From an uncultured Acidimicrobiaceae bacterium (GTDB lineage Bacteria > Actinomycetota > Acidimicrobiia > Acidimicrobiales > Bog-793), in contig CAWKGD010000005.1 of assembly GCA_963849105.1 (NCBI GenBank), positions 360,145-424,144 on the forward strand: 64,000 bases of DNA, given 5' to 3'. Of the stretch, positions 18,657-30,109 are shown piece after piece (position 1 is the stretch's first letter; each line of letters opens with the position of its first letter). Below the pieces are notes generated by a model, which saw only the letters and a list, made by a program, of their open reading frames with translations, did not search any database and was not told the DNA's origin. Made by a program: the position numbers and the translations under genes.

Positions 18657-20171
18657 TCAATGGCGGAAGTGGCGTTCGCCGGTCATGACGAGCGCGACGT
18701 TACGTTCGTCGGCGGCGGCGATCACCTCGTCGTCGCGCAGCGATCCGCCGGGCTCGACGACGACACCGACGCCGGCGTCGCAGACGGCGTCGAGGCCGTC
18801 GCGGAACGGGAAGAACGCGTCGCTCGCCCCCGCGCCTCCGAGCGCCCTCCCGGCTGCCTTTTCCTCAGCGAGGCGCGCCGCATCGCGACGATTCTGCTGT
18901 CCACAGCCGACGCCGACGACGACGCCCTCCTTCGCGAGGACGATCGCGTTCGATCCCGTCGCCGCGCAGACACGCCAGGCGAGTTCGGCGTCGAGCCACT
19001 CCGGATCCGTCGGCAGCCGCTTGGTGACGACCCGCCAGGAGTCGGTGCGCGGAGAGACGACATCGCGGTCTTGGACGAGGAATCCCTCGGCGAACTCGCG
19101 CAAAGCCAGTGCCGATTTCGACGGCAGGGGCGCCTCGAGGACCCGCATGTTCCTTCGCTTCTCGGAAAAGAGCGCCAGGGCGCCGGGAAGGAACCCCGGC
19201 GCGATGAGCACGTCGGCGAGCGGGTTCTTCACGACCACCTCGGCGAGCGCGTCGTCGACCACAGCCGAGATCGCGACGATCCCGCCGAACGCCGAAATCT
19301 CGTCCGCCGCGAACGCCTTTTGGTAGACGTCGGCCGCCTCGGTGCCGATCGCGACGCCGCATGGGTTGGCGTGCTTCACGATCACCGCGGCGGTGGTCGC
19401 GTCGCCGATGCCGATGACGCTGTGACAGATCGTCCAGGCCGCCTCGGCATCGACGAGGTTGAGAAACGAGAGCTCGCGTCCGGAGTGCTGGATCACGCCG
19501 TCCCACCAGCTCGTCGCGCCGGTCGGTGTGTACCGTGCGCCGCGTTGATGCGGGTTCTCACCGTGGCGGAGGAGCTCTCTTTGTGCCAGCGCGACGTGGA
19601 TCACCGGCGGAAGACCATCGGGCGAGCCAGCGTAGAACCAGTTGGCGATCGCCGCGTCGTACGACGCGACGTGTGAGAACGCCGTCGCCGCCAGCTTTGT
19701 CCTTGTCTCGTCCGTCAGCCGCCCCTCTCGGCGGAGCTCGTCGATGACGACCGCGTAGTCCTTCGGGTCGACGACGACGCCGACATGGGCGTGGTTCTTC
19801 GCCGCGGCGCGCACCATCGTCGGCCCGCCGATGTCGATCAGCTCGATCGACGGGTCGCTCTCGAACGGGTAGAGGTTGCAGATGACAAGGTCGATCGCCT
19901 CCACGCCCTCGCGTTCGAGCTCGGCGAGATGCGCCTTGTTCTGCCGGTCGGCGAGGATGCCGGCGTGGATCGCCGGGTGGAGCGTCTTCACCCGGCCGTC
20001 GAGCATCTCTTTCTGACCGGTGATTTCGTCGACGCGGCGGTGCGCGATCCCCTCGGCTGCGAGCGTCTCGGCCGTGCCGCCGCTCGCCACGATCTCAACG
20101 CCGAGTTTTTCGAGTTCGCGCGCGAACGGGGCGAGCGCGGTTTTGTCGGAAACGGAGATGAGCGCCCTCAT
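18657..20171 (-). CDS. purH: bifunctional AICAR transformylase / IMP cyclohydrolase
   Basis: 504 aa starting [11 protein letters not shown], with SGGTA, VKTLHP.IH.GIL, NLYPF and SDAFFPFRD motifs. Confidence 0.97.
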   Translation of the reverse strand: MRALISVSDKTALAPFARELEKLGVEIVASGGTAETLAAEGIAHRRVDEITGQKEMLDGRVKTLHPAIHAGILADRQNKAHLAELEREGVEAIDLVICNLYPFESDPSIELIDIGGPTMVRAAAKNHAHVGVVVDPKDYAVVIDELRREGRLTDETRTKLAATAFSHVASYDAAIANWFYAGSPDGLPPVIHVALAQRELLRHGENPHQRGARYTPTGATSWWDGVIQHSGRELSFLNLVDAEAAWTICHSVIGIGDATTAAVIVKHANPCGVAIGTEAADVYQKAFAADEISAFGGIVAISAVVDDALAEVVVKNPLADVLIAPGFLPGALALFSEKRRNMRVLEAPLPSKSALALREFAEGFLVQDRDVVSPRTDSWRVVTKRLPTDPEWLDAELAWRVCAATGSNAIVLAKEGVVVGVGCGQQNRRDAARLAEEKAAGRALGGAGASDAFFPFRDGLDAVCDAGVGVVVEPGGSLRDDEVIAAADERNVALVMTGERHFRH

Positions 20172-20794
20172 CTCGCCACCCGCTGTTCGATGGAGCTTGA
20201 TCGCACCAAGGAGAGATAGGCGCGGATCGTCGCCGGGTACAGCACCCGTTCGACCGATTTGATCCGCTCATGCAGCGTCGTTTCGTCGTCGGACTGCAGG
20301 ATCGGAACGCGCTCTTGCGCGAGCACCGGTCCCTCGTCCACTGCCTCGGTGACGAGGTGGACCGTGCACCCCGTCTCTGCGATTCCCGCCGCGAGCGCCG
20401 CGTCGACGGCGTGCCACCCGCGGAACGCCGGCAGGAGCGACGGGTGCGTGTTCAACACCTGGCCCGAGAACGCGGTGACGAATTCACCGCTCAGTACCGT
20501 CCCGAAGCCGGCCATCGCGACAACATCGACGCGATGACCGCGCAGCGCGGCGATCAGCTCGCGCGTGTAGCCCTCCCGATCGAAGCCCGGGGAGAACTCG
20601 CGTCGCTCGACACGCTCGAGGGCGACCCCGGCGTCGGTGGCGATCTTCTCGGCAGCACAGGGACGGTCCGTGGCGACGACGACGATCGGCAGTCGATCAG
20701 CGATCAGTGCCGCGAGGATCGAACCGGTTCCGGACGCAAGGACGCCCAGACGCGGCGGCACGCCGGCATCCTCAGCCAAGGGAGCGGACGACAT
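20168..20794 (-). CDS. purN: phosphoribosylglycinamide formyltransferase
   Basis: 208 aa with [21 protein letters not shown] and TGCTVHLV motifs. 4-nt overlap with purH. Confidence 0.93.
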   Translation of the reverse strand: MSSAPLAEDAGVPPRLGVLASGTGSILAALIADRLPIVVVATDRPCAAEKIATDAGVALERVERREFSPGFDREGYTRELIAALRGHRVDVVAMAGFGTVLSGEFVTAFSGQVLNTHPSLLPAFRGWHAVDAALAAGIAETGCTVHLVTEAVDEGPVLAQERVPILQSDDETTLHERIKSVERVLYPATIRAYLSLVRSSSIEQRVAR

Positions 20795-21659
20795 CCACCA
20801 TCAGCTCGCCGGCTTCCGACGGACTACGTCCGACCTTCGCCCCGGCAGCCGTGAGCGCGTCGATCTTCACCTGCGCCGTTCCAGACGACCCAGAGATGAT
20901 CGCGCCGGCGTGGCCCATCGTCCGCCCGGGTGGCGCCGTGACACCGGCGATGTAGGCGACGACGGGCTTTGACATCTTGTCGGCGATGAACGTCGCGGCG
21001 CGTTCTTCCTCCGCCCCGCCGATCTCGCCGATGAGCATCACCGCTTGGGTGTCGGAGTCGGCCTCGAACGCTTCGAGGACATCGACGAAACTCGTCCCGG
21101 GCACCCGGTCACCACCGATTCCGATACACGTCGTCTGGCCGACGCCTTGTTGGGTGAGCTCGTGCAGCGCCTGATAGGTGAGCGTCCCCGAGCGGCTGAC
21201 GATGCCGACCGGTCCACCGGGGAGCGCGATCTCGCCGGCGGTGATGCCGATGTTGCACTTGCCCGGGGAGATGACCCCGGGGCAGTTCGGCCCGATGAGA
21301 CGGGTGGCGGGGTATTCGCGACGCAGTCGGTTGAAGACGAGCGCCTCGTCCTTCGCCGGAATGTGCTCGGTGATGCAGACGACGAGTCCGATTCGAGCCG
21401 CGGCCGCCTCAAGGATCGCGGCGGGCGCGCCCTTCGGAGGCACGGCAACGAAGCTCGCGTTGGCGCCGGTCGCCGCCACCGCCTCGGCGACGGTGTCGTA
21501 GACCGGGATCCCCTCGACGGATTCCCCGCCTTTGCCCGGGGTGACACCGGCGACGACCTTCGTGCCGTAGGCGCGATTGCGCAGGCCGTGGAAGCGCCCC
21601 TGGCTGCCGGTGAGGCCCTGGACGACGACGCGGGTCGTCTCGTCGGCGAAGATGCTCAT
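20772..21659 (-). CDS. sucD: succinyl-CoA ligase subunit alpha
   Basis: 295 aa with [23 protein letters not shown] and the phosphohistidine loop MGHAGAI. Confidence 0.97.
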   Translation of the reverse strand: MSIFADETTRVVVQGLTGSQGRFHGLRNRAYGTKVVAGVTPGKGGESVEGIPVYDTVAEAVAATGANASFVAVPPKGAPAAILEAAAARIGLVVCITEHIPAKDEALVFNRLRREYPATRLIGPNCPGVISPGKCNIGITAGEIALPGGPVGIVSRSGTLTYQALHELTQQGVGQTTCIGIGGDRVPGTSFVDVLEAFEADSDTQAVMLIGEIGGAEEERAATFIADKMSKPVVAYIAGVTAPPGRTMGHAGAIISGSSGTAQVKIDALTAAGAKVGRSPSEAGELMVDVVRSLG

Positions 21660-22801
21660 CGGCTCTTCGCGATCGCGACGGCTCGACGCGCCGCGTCGAG
21701 CATCGTCTCTTCTCGCATCAGCGTGTCGGAAAGGTGCGGTTCGAGCAGCGCCCGCGCCTGTTCGGCGTGGGTGCCGTCGAGCCGGACGACGATCGGGGAG
21801 GAAAGCTGCACCCGTTCGCGAGCCGCAAGGATGCCCCGTGCGACGTCGTCGCAGTGGACGATGCCTCCGAAAATGTTGACGAGGATGGCGTGGACCTTCC
21901 CGTCAGAGTTGATCACTTCGAGCGCGTTCGCCATCACATCGGCGTTCGCTCCCCCGCCGATGTCCAAGAAGTTCGCTGCCGAACCGCCGACCTGGTTGAC
22001 GACATCGAGCGTGCTCATCGCAAGCCCAGCACCATTGGCGATGATGCCGACGGTTCCTTCGAGGCCGACGTAGCTGAGACCCTTTTCGCGCGCGAAGCGC
22101 TCGCGCGGATCGTCGGGGTCCGCCTCAGCGAACTCCGACCAATCCGGATGGCGGTAGGCGGCGTCGTCGTCGAGGGTCACTTTCGCGTCGAGCGCGTGCA
22201 CCGCACCCGTGGGCGTGAGGATCAGCGGATTGATCTCGACCAGGTCGGCATCGCCCTCGACGTAGCAGCGGTAGAGCTTCAGGAGGACCTCGACGACGCC
22301 GTCGACGGCTTGCGCGTCGATCCCGCCGTCGACGACTGCGTCGCGCAGCGCCACTTCGTCGATTCCGTCGATCGGGTTGACCCAGACCCTGGCGATCGCG
22401 TCGGGGTCTTCTTCGGCGACCTGCTCGATCTCGACACCGCCCTTTGACGAGATCATCGCCAGGTGGAGCTTCGCGACGCGATCGAGCGTGAAGCTGACGT
22501 AGTACTCGCGCGCGATGTCGGAAGTCGTCTCGACCCACAGCCGCTTCACGACGTGACCTTTGATGTCGAGGCCAAGGATCGACCGCGCGTGACGTTCGGC
22601 CTGCTCGCGGTCTTGCGCGATCTTCACGCCACCCGCCTTGCCCCGACCGCCGACTTTCACCTGTGCCTTGATCGTCACGGGGTAACCGAACTTCTCCGCG
22701 GCGGCGATCGCCTCTTCGACGGAGTCGGCGACAGCTCCAGGTGAGACGGGGATCCCGTACCGGGCGAGGTACTGCTTGCCCTGGTACTCGTAGAGATCCA
22801 A
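21656..22801 (-). CDS. sucC: succinyl-CoA ligase subunit beta
   Basis: 381 aa starting [10 protein letters not shown], with an ATP-grasp [16 protein letters not shown] and NIFGGIV. 4-nt overlap with sucD. Confidence 0.97.
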   Translation of the reverse strand: MDLYEYQGKQYLARYGIPVSPGAVADSVEEAIAAAEKFGYPVTIKAQVKVGGRGKAGGVKIAQDREQAERHARSILGLDIKGHVVKRLWVETTSDIAREYYVSFTLDRVAKLHLAMISSKGGVEIEQVAEEDPDAIARVWVNPIDGIDEVALRDAVVDGGIDAQAVDGVVEVLLKLYRCYVEGDADLVEINPLILTPTGAVHALDAKVTLDDDAAYRHPDWSEFAEADPDDPRERFAREKGLSYVGLEGTVGIIANGAGLAMSTLDVVNQVGGSAANFLDIGGGANADVMANALEVINSDGKVHAILVNIFGGIVHCDDVARGILAARERVQLSSPIVVRLDGTHAEQARALLEPHLSDTLMREETMLDAARRAVAIAKSR

Positions 22802-22951
22802 CGTCTCGTCCTTCCTCTCCGATGCCGCGCGCCCACAAGAACCTGGCTGATCGACGTTGCCCGGTCACAGAACCGAGCGCTGCGATCCTAAGGGGCGATC
22901 CTTCGTCTGGGCGACCCCGGGCCGCGTCGCGGAGTGTCCCGCTCGGCCAGC

Positions 22952-25234
22952 TCAGGCGCGCTTCAGGGGCGTCGCTGAGAGCAGGAAGCGCTTCTCGCCG
23001 CGGCGCTCGAAGCGGATCACCGCTTCTTGTTTTTCGCCCTCGCCTGCGACCGAAACGACCACGCCTTCGCCCCAACGGGCGTGGACGATCTTGTCACCGG
23101 CAGCGAGGCCCAGTTCCTCCGCTCCCGTCGATCGGACCGGCATGGCGCGCCGCCTCGTCAACACGCCGGACCGGCCGTAGGACGGCGGCCCGTCGAACTC
23201 CGGCGCTTCCCGCCGGAAGCCCGCCCAGGCGCCCGCCGGTCCCTCGCCGAGGTCGACCACGAGGTGATCGGGGATCTCCTTCAGGAATCGACTCTGCAAA
23301 CTCTCACGGGTCTGGCCGTAGAGCGTCCGCTGCCAGGTGTGCGTGAGGTAGAGCCTCTTGCGCGCCCGGGTGATGCCGACGTACGCAAGCCGCCGCTCCT
23401 CTTCGAGGCTCGCCGGATCCGACAGCGAGCGATCCCACGGAAACACCCCTTCTTCCATCCCTGTCAAGAACACGACATCGAACTCGAGTCCCTTCGCGGC
23501 GTGCAGCGTCAGAAGGCAAACGCGCCCGCCCGAGTCGTCAAAGTCGTCGGTCGAGGCGACGAGGGCGATTGCTTGCAGGAAGGTCTCGACGTCCTCGTGG
23601 CTCGCTGTCACGCTGCGGAGCTCGTCGAGGTTCTCGAGCCGACCCTCGGCGTCGATCGCTCCAGGTCCGCCGAACTCTGTTTCCGACTCGAGGGATTCGC
23701 TGTACCCGGTCCGCTCCAAGATCGTGTCGATGACCTCGAGGGGCGGGCGTCCCTTCAACGCCGCGAGCTCGCGCACGAGCCGCAGGAACCCGCCGATCGC
23801 CGAAAGCGACCGACCCGAGACACCGGCGTCCTTCGCGTGCGCGATCGCGTCGGCAAACGACATCTTGTGGTTGGCCGCGTAAGCACCGATCTTCGTCAGG
23901 GTCGTGTCGCCGATTCCTCGCTTCGGCACGTTGATCACGCGCCGCAGCGACACCTCGTCGAAGGGGTTTACGACGAGGCGGAGGTAAGCGAGAACGTCGC
24001 GCACCTCGCGCCGGTCGTAAAAGCGCGCCCCGCCGATCACCTGGTACGGGATACCACGATCCGCCAGAGCCTGTTCGATCGCCCGGCTCTGCGCATTCGC
24101 GCGGTAAAAGACGGCGATCTCGCCCCGACGGATGTGACCCTTCGTCGTGAGCTCGGCGATCGCATTCGCGACGAAGGTCGCCTCGTCGCGTTCGGTGCCG
24201 CCTCGGTATCGGTAGATCCTCTCCCCCTCGCCGAGGGCAGACCAAAGTTTCTTTTTCTGGCGCATGATGTTGTTCCCGATGACCGCATTGGCTGCGTCGA
24301 GAATCGTTTGGGTCGAGCGATAGTTCTGGTCGAGAACGATCGTCGTTGCATCCGGAAACGCTCGTTCGAAGTCCAATAGGTTGCGGAATTCCGCGCCCCT
24401 GAATGCGTAGATGCTCTGATCGGTGTCGCCGACGACGCAGACGTTGCGATTTTTCGCGCCGATCAACTTCACGATCTCGTTCTGCGCGTAGTTGGTGTCT
24501 TGATATTCATCAACGAGCAGGTGCTCGAAACGATCCTGGTAGTGCTCGAGGACCTCCGCGTCGGATCGGAACAGTCGAACGACGTAGGACAACAGGTCGT
24601 CGAAGTCCATCGCCTGAGCGGTGCGCAGTCGGCGCTCGTACTCGGCGAAGGCGGCCGCGATCTTCTCTTCGGGAAACGTCCGCGCCCGGTCTGCGTAGTC
24701 CTTCGCATCGAGAAGTTCCGACTTCGCTTGGCTGATCGCGCCCACGACCGACCGCGCTGAGAATCGCTTCGCATCGATTCCGAGGTCATCGAGGATGTGT
24801 TCGACGAGGCGCCGCGTATCTCCCTCGTCGTAGATCGAGAACCCTGACGTGTAGCCGATCCGCTCCGATTGCCGGCGCAGGATCCGCACACAGGCCGAGT
24901 GGAACGTCGAGAGCCACATCTTCTCGGCGTCCTGTCCGACGAGCTCGACGACGCGCCGACGAATCTCGGCGGCTGCCTTGTTCGTGAAGGTGATGGCGAG
25001 GATGTGCCACGGTTTCACGCCCGTCGCCACAAGGCGCGCGACCCGACGGGTGAGCACGCGCGTCTTGCCCGAGCCTGCGCCGGCAACGACGACGAGCGGA
25101 CCCCCGTCGTAGAGCACCGCCTCGCGCTGGGACGGGTTGAGGTCGGAAAGGATCGACTCCAGGTCGATTTCTTGATCAGACCCGGGCGTGAACGGTCCGA
25201 CCTCGTCGAGGTCGGAGAAGTCATTCAACGACAC
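22952..25234 (-). CDS. pcrA: ATP-dependent DNA helicase PcrA/UvrD family
   Basis: 760 aa. Walker A AGAGSGKT, DEYQDTN, motif VGDTDQSIY, TLHAAKGLEF, VGITRA. Confidence 0.95.
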   Translation of the reverse strand: MSLNDFSDLDEVGPFTPGSDQEIDLESILSDLNPSQREAVLYDGGPLVVVAGAGSGKTRVLTRRVARLVATGVKPWHILAITFTNKAAAEIRRRVVELVGQDAEKMWLSTFHSACVRILRRQSERIGYTSGFSIYDEGDTRRLVEHILDDLGIDAKRFSARSVVGAISQAKSELLDAKDYADRARTFPEEKIAAAFAEYERRLRTAQAMDFDDLLSYVVRLFRSDAEVLEHYQDRFEHLLVDEYQDTNYAQNEIVKLIGAKNRNVCVVGDTDQSIYAFRGAEFRNLLDFERAFPDATTIVLDQNYRSTQTILDAANAVIGNNIMRQKKKLWSALGEGERIYRYRGGTERDEATFVANAIAELTTKGHIRRGEIAVFYRANAQSRAIEQALADRGIPYQVIGGARFYDRREVRDVLAYLRLVVNPFDEVSLRRVINVPKRGIGDTTLTKIGAYAANHKMSFADAIAHAKDAGVSGRSLSAIGGFLRLVRELAALKGRPPLEVIDTILERTGYSESLESETEFGGPGAIDAEGRLENLDELRSVTASHEDVETFLQAIALVASTDDFDDSGGRVCLLTLHAAKGLEFDVVFLTGMEEGVFPWDRSLSDPASLEEERRLAYVGITRARKRLYLTHTWQRTLYGQTRESLQSRFLKEIPDHLVVDLGEGPAGAWAGFRREAPEFDGPPSYGRSGVLTRRRAMPVRSTGAEELGLAAGDKIVHARWGEGVVVSVAGEGEKQEAVIRFERRGEKRFLLSATPLKRA

Positions 25235-25241
25235 GCGATGG

Positions 25242-26783
25242 TCACTCCCATTCGATCGTGCCCGGTGGCTTCGACGTGATGTCGTAGACGACGCGGTTCA
25301 CCCCTGGAACCTCGTTGATGATCCGGCTCGAACAGCGCTCCAGCAGATCGAACGGCAAGCGCGCCCAGTCAGCCGTCATCGCGTCGTCGCTCGTCACCGC
25401 GCGCACGACGATCGGGTACGCGTAGGTTCTCTCGTCACCCATCACCCCGACTGATCGCACGACCGGCAACACGGCGAACGCCTGCCAGACCGATCGGGAA
25501 AGCTCGGCCTTTTCGACCTCGTCGGCGACGATCGCGTCGGCGGCTCGCACGATCTCGGCTCGCTCGCGGGTCACCTCACCGACGATGCGCACGGCGAGAC
25601 CGGGTCCGGGGAAGGGCTGGCGCCAGACGATCTCTTCTGGCAGGCCGAGTTCGACCCCGATCTGGCGGACCTCGTCTTTGAACAACAGTCGTAGAGGCTC
25701 GACGAGTCCGAGCTCCATCTGCTCGGGAAGGCCGCCGACGTTGTGGTGCGACTTGATCGTCGCCGCCTGCGACGTCCCCGACTCGATGACGTCGGGATAG
25801 AGCGTCCCCTGCGCGAGGAAGCGCACGCCGGGTAGATCGGACGCCACCTCTTCGAAGATCTCGATGAACAGCGCGCCAATGAGCTTCCGCTTCTCCTCGG
25901 GATCGAGGACCCCCGACAGCGCCTCGAAAAAGCGGTCCGCCGCCTTCACGTGATGGAGGTCGATGCCGAACTGCGCGCGGAAGGTCCGCTCGACCTGTTC
26001 GGGCTCACCCTCGCGCAAAAGCCCGGTGTCGACGAAGACACAGCTGAGTTGATCGCCGACCGCCTTGTGCACGAGCGCGGCGGTCACCGCGGAATCGACT
26101 CCACCCGACAACGCGCAGAGGACGCGCTCGTTTCCGACCGAGGCGCGAATCTCCCGAACGGCGCTTTCGATCACCGACGTATGGGTCCACGTCGGACGGC
26201 ACCCGCAGACTTCGAACAAGAAGCGCTTCAAGAGCTCCTGTCCCCGCGGAGTGTGCGCGACTTCGGGGTGGAACTGCACGCCGTACAGGCGGCGGTCGGT
26301 GCTCTCGAACGCGGCGACCGACACCTCTTTGGTCGACGCCGTCGTCGTGAACCCCGGCGGCGGGGCCGTGATCGAGTCCGCGTGGCTCATCCAGACGTCG
26401 GACAGCTCGGGCCACCCGAAGAAAAGCACCGATCCGGTGCCAAGGCGGAGGTCGGTCCGCCCGTACTCGCCCGATCCCGTCCGTCCCACCGCACCGCCGA
26501 GCTGCTGTGAGAGCAGCTGCGCTCCGTAACAGATCCCGAGGACGGGGGCACCCGCCGAGTACACCTCGGCGTCGAGGCCGGGGGCGTTGTCGGCGTAGAC
26601 CGATTTCGGCCCGCCGGAAAGGATGACGCCCTTCGGGTGTCGGGCGCGGATCTCGGCGGCAGTGATCGTGTGGGGGACGATCTCGGAATAGACGTGCGCT
26701 TCGCGCACCCGACGCGCGATGAGCTGGGCGTACTGCGCTCCGAAGTCGACGACGAGGATCGTGTCGAACTGCGGGGCCACCAA
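25242..26783 (-). CDS. guaA: GMP synthase (glutamine-hydrolysing)
   Basis: 513 aa with GATase ICYGAQL and HPE, ATP-PPase SGGVDS, and C-terminal KPPGTIEWE. Confidence 0.97.
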   Translation of the reverse strand: MVAPQFDTILVVDFGAQYAQLIARRVREAHVYSEIVPHTITAAEIRARHPKGVILSGGPKSVYADNAPGLDAEVYSAGAPVLGICYGAQLLSQQLGGAVGRTGSGEYGRTDLRLGTGSVLFFGWPELSDVWMSHADSITAPPPGFTTTASTKEVSVAAFESTDRRLYGVQFHPEVAHTPRGQELLKRFLFEVCGCRPTWTHTSVIESAVREIRASVGNERVLCALSGGVDSAVTAALVHKAVGDQLSCVFVDTGLLREGEPEQVERTFRAQFGIDLHHVKAADRFFEALSGVLDPEEKRKLIGALFIEIFEEVASDLPGVRFLAQGTLYPDVIESGTSQAATIKSHHNVGGLPEQMELGLVEPLRLLFKDEVRQIGVELGLPEEIVWRQPFPGPGLAVRIVGEVTRERAEIVRAADAIVADEVEKAELSRSVWQAFAVLPVVRSVGVMGDERTYAYPIVVRAVTSDDAMTADWARLPFDLLERCSSRIINEVPGVNRVVYDITSKPPGTIEWE

Positions 26784-26839
26784 GCGAGGCTACCAGCGCG
26801 CTGTCGCGGCTCCGGGTGACTCGCAACACCGCGAGCAGG

Positions 26840-27943
26840 TCAATCGCGCAGCTTTTCGAAGGACGGAAGCGCGTAACCGAAGGCGGCGACGACGGCCCCG
26901 ATCAACATCACGGCCATGCCGACCAAGCGGAGTGGGTCCGACGCCGCGAGCAAACCCCCGAGGCCGGCGAGCGTGACGCCGCTCATCCCGATCCACCCCG
27001 TGAGCCGCGAGATACGCGAGGCGTGCAGAGTCCGGGCGAGCAGGACGAGCCCACCGACGACGAGCGGCAGGCCGAGCGCGGCGTGTGCGACGTAGATGCC
27101 GCGTTGTTCGGACGGGAGAAAGCCCGTCTGCCGGTGGAGCGGTAACAAAGCGATGGCGCCGATTCCGAAGGCGACGTCGAGGCCGACGAGGACCAACAAC
27201 ACGCGTGAAAGGTTGGCGATCGCCTTGCGCACGGTGAGCTGAACGAGGGTGTCGGCTGTGTGACTGTCTCCCTCCACGCTTCGATCGCGTCGGCGAAGCC
27301 AGCGGCGCGCCGCGTAAACCTCGGGATCTTCGTGGATGAGGTACCACCATCCCCAAATCGCGAGGATCGCGAAGACCGGCCACTCGACCGAGTAGAACCA
27401 GCTGAGGCCGTTACCGGCTAGCGCCCGCGTCGCTTGCCACCAACCGGCGACCGCACACCCCGGCGCCAGAATCAACACTTCGAGATCCAAAAGGTATGCG
27501 CGCCGCGAGAACCACCGTCGACGGAAGTCTGCGCGGTGCACTTCGATCGTTGACCGATCGTCGTGGACACTTTGGGCATCGAGGCGATTGGCCACTTCGA
27601 AGCGGTGGGTCATCTTCCGTTCGGCAACGAACGCGGCGAACGGCACGGTGCCAGCGAGCAGCACCAGCGCCATCTGCCATTTCGGGATCCCAAGGCGGCG
27701 CGTGAGTCCGAACGCGACGAACAGGTAGACGATGTAGAGGAGACCGTGCACCGTTCCGACGTCGTTCACGACCGCGGGTCGATTCGCTGCGACTTGGAGC
27801 GGGACGCCGACGAAGACCAACACGATGAGCAAGCTCGCCGTCGCAAAGGCCAAGATCCGATAGCGGATCAGGTAGCGGCGCGGGACGCGCTCTGAACTCG
27901 CGGCGAGCTCTTCGGCGGTCGGCTCGACCGCGGACGTGCTCAC
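26840..27943 (-). CDS. integral membrane protein with N-terminal DUF3817-like module plus extra C-terminal membrane domain
   Basis: 367 aa. The N-part YRILAFATASLLIVLVF...VHGLLYIVYL...GTVPFAAFVAERK resembles DUF3817. It is followed by a Trp-rich segment and 4-5 further hydrophobic spans. Confidence 0.72.
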   Translation of the reverse strand: MSTSAVEPTAEELAASSERVPRRYLIRYRILAFATASLLIVLVFVGVPLQVAANRPAVVNDVGTVHGLLYIVYLFVAFGLTRRLGIPKWQMALVLLAGTVPFAAFVAERKMTHRFEVANRLDAQSVHDDRSTIEVHRADFRRRWFSRRAYLLDLEVLILAPGCAVAGWWQATRALAGNGLSWFYSVEWPVFAILAIWGWWYLIHEDPEVYAARRWLRRRDRSVEGDSHTADTLVQLTVRKAIANLSRVLLVLVGLDVAFGIGAIALLPLHRQTGFLPSEQRGIYVAHAALGLPLVVGGLVLLARTLHASRISRLTGWIGMSGVTLAGLGGLLAASDPLRLVGMAVMLIGAVVAAFGYALPSFEKLRD

Positions 27944-27979
27944 CTCACGAGCGTCGCCGTGAAACGCGTGTGGCCGTTG

Positions 27980-28615
27980 TCACAAGGCGAACGTCAGCTC
28001 CGGCTCGCTCGCCTTGATGACGTCGTCCTCGCTCACGCCCGGTGCGAGCTCGCGCACGACGAGCCCCTCGTCGGTGATGTCGAGCACACAGAGATCGGTG
28101 ATCACCCGGTCGACGACCTCCGTGCCGGTCAGCGGAAGCGAGCAATCGCGGACGATCTTGTGGGAGCCGTCCTTCGCCACATGTTCCATGAGCACGATGA
28201 CGCGCTTCGCCCCGTTCACGAGATCCATCGCGCCGCCCATTCCCTTCACGAGCTTTCCGGGAACGACCCAGTTCGCGAGATCGCCTTTCTTCGAAACCTG
28301 CATTCCACCGAGGATCGCGACGTCGAGATGGCCGCCACGAATGATCCCGAACGACGTCGCCGAGTCGAAGAACGACGCGCCGGGCAGCACCGTGACCGTC
28401 TCCTTGCTCGCGTTGATCAGGTCGGGGTCCTCTTCACCTTCATACGGGAACGGCCCCACCCCCAAGATGCCGTTCTCGGAATGCAGCATCACTTCGACGC
28501 CTGCTGGCGCGTAGTTCGGCACGAGCGTCGGCAACCCGATGCCGACGTTCACGTACTGCCCGTCGTGCAACTCAAGCGCTGCGCGAGCCGCCATCTCTTC
28601 TTTCGACCACGGCAT
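27980..28615 (-). CDS. scoB: 3-oxoacid CoA-transferase subunit B
   Basis: 211 aa with [15 protein letters not shown] and GGAMDLV motifs. Adjacent to subunit A with a 1-nt overlap. Confidence 0.93.
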   Translation of the reverse strand: MPWSKEEMAARAALELHDGQYVNVGIGLPTLVPNYAPAGVEVMLHSENGILGVGPFPYEGEEDPDLINASKETVTVLPGASFFDSATSFGIIRGGHLDVAILGGMQVSKKGDLANWVVPGKLVKGMGGAMDLVNGAKRVIVLMEHVAKDGSHKIVRDCSLPLTGTEVVDRVITDLCVLDITDEGLVVRELAPGVSEDDVIKASEPELTFAL

Positions 28616-29382
28616 CAGGCTGCTGCTCCCTCTCGTTTTCGCAGCGTGTGTCTCTCGATCGTCTTCTCCGTGCCTTCTGGCACCTTCACAAGGCGCTGCA
28701 CGAAGAGCCCTGGCAGGTGCACGGAATCGGGGTCGAGTGCGCCAGTTGGCACGATCTGTTCCGCCTCGACGATCGTCACCTTCCCCGCCATCGCGGCGAG
28801 CGGGTTGAAGTTGCGCGAGGACTCTCGAAAAATGAGGTTGCCGGTCTCGTCGGCTCGGTAGGCGTGGACGAGCGCGAAGTCAACGACGATCGCGTGCTCG
28901 AGCACGTAGGTGCGCCCCTCGAACACGCGCGTTTCGCGCGGCTCGGAACCTTTCACGATCGAGCCGTCCGGACCGTAGCGAAGCGGCAAGCCGCCGTCGC
29001 CGACGAGGGTGCCGACGCCCGTCGGCGTGTAGAAGGCGGGGATTCCGCTCCCCCCCGCCCGCAGGCGCTCGGCGATCGTCCCCTGCGGACACAACTCGAC
29101 CTCGATCTCTCCGCTCAAGTACTGCCGGGCGAACTCAGCGTTCTCGCCGATGTACGAGCTCGTCATCTTCGAGATCTTCTTCGCTTTCAGCAGGATCCCG
29201 AGTCCGTATTCGTCGGTGCCGCAGTTGTTCGAGACGGCCCGCAAGTCCGAAACGTCGGTGGCGGCGAGCGCTTTGATCAGGGTGACCGGGATTCCCGAAA
29301 GTCCGAATCCCCCGACCGCCAGCGTCGCCCCGCTCGGGATGTCGGCAACCGCCTCAGCTGCGGACTCGTAGACCTTGCGCAT
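28615..29382 (-). CDS. scoA: 3-oxoacid CoA-transferase subunit A
   Basis: Internal ATG at 29382 gives 255 aa starting [32 protein letters not shown]. The upstream part of the 392-aa tool ORF has no homology pattern. Confidence 0.92.
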   Translation of the reverse strand: MRKVYESAAEAVADIPSGATLAVGGFGLSGIPVTLIKALAATDVSDLRAVSNNCGTDEYGLGILLKAKKISKMTSSYIGENAEFARQYLSGEIEVELCPQGTIAERLRAGGSGIPAFYTPTGVGTLVGDGGLPLRYGPDGSIVKGSEPRETRVFEGRTYVLEHAIVVDFALVHAYRADETGNLIFRESSRNFNPLAAMAGKVTIVEAEQIVPTGALDPDSVHLPGLFVQRLVKVPEGTEKTIERHTLRKREGAAA

Positions 29383-29524
29383 CGCGTCCTTCTGCCTCCT
29401 CGGTGAATCGACCGCTTCGGTTCGGCGACGCGGCGGCACGACTCGCACTCGCTGTCCGGGGCGAACTAAACGTAACCGACCAGTCCGAACACAATTCTCC
29501 GTCGACCAGTCGAGGTGGCCAGCC

Positions 29525-30106
29525 ATGAGCGAGGATCCGGGCGCGCACCTCGTCACTGCTTGGTTCGGTCCGCTCCTCGTCGAGGTCACGACGGGCGATA
29601 TTGCCGACCAGCCTGGTTTCGACGCCGTCGTGAACGCCGCCAACGCGCAGTTGCTTCCGGGGGCGGGCGTCGCCGGCGCGATCCACCGTGCCGCGGGCCC
29701 CGAACTCGCGACCGAGTGCCGACCGCTCGCGCCGATCCGCTCGGGCGAATGCGTCATCACGTCGGGGCACCGCTTGGCGAACCCCTTTGTCATCCACTGC
29801 CTCGGTCCGGTCTACGCCGACGACGACGACCCGAAGGGTCATCTCGCCTCCTGCTTTCGACGCGCGCTCGAGCTCGCCGACGCGCAAGGACTGGCCTCTG
29901 TCTGTTTCCCGGCGATCTCGACGGGGGTGTTTGGCTACCCACTCGATCAGGCGGCGGACGTCGCCGTCGCAGCCGTTGCCGAGTGCGCGCCGTCACTTTC
30001 GGCCGTCCGTCGAGTCCGTTTCGCTCTCTTCGGGGACGCGGCCCTCTCCGCCTTCGCTCGTGCCCTGGGACGCGTCGCTCGCGAACGCAACGGAGACCCC
30101 GACTAG
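29525..30106 (+). CDS. macro domain protein (ADP-ribose / O-acetyl-ADP-ribose hydrolase type)
   Basis: 193 aa from the ATG at 29525. AVVNAANAQLLPGAGVAGAIHRAAGP and FPAISTGVFGYP are classic MacroD/YmdB motifs. Confidence 0.85.
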   Translation: MSEDPGAHLVTAWFGPLLVEVTTGDIADQPGFDAVVNAANAQLLPGAGVAGAIHRAAGPELATECRPLAPIRSGECVITSGHRLANPFVIHCLGPVYADDDDPKGHLASCFRRALELADAQGLASVCFPAISTGVFGYPLDQAADVAVAAVAECAPSLSAVRRVRFALFGDAALSAFARALGRVARERNGDPD

Positions 30107-30109
30107 CGC

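Noticed and set aside
22802-22951. Possible terminator or attenuator between pcrA and sucC
   Set aside because: Only a 5-bp stem (GCGAC...GTCGC) with a 10-nt loop and no U-tract. It is too weak to report as a feature.
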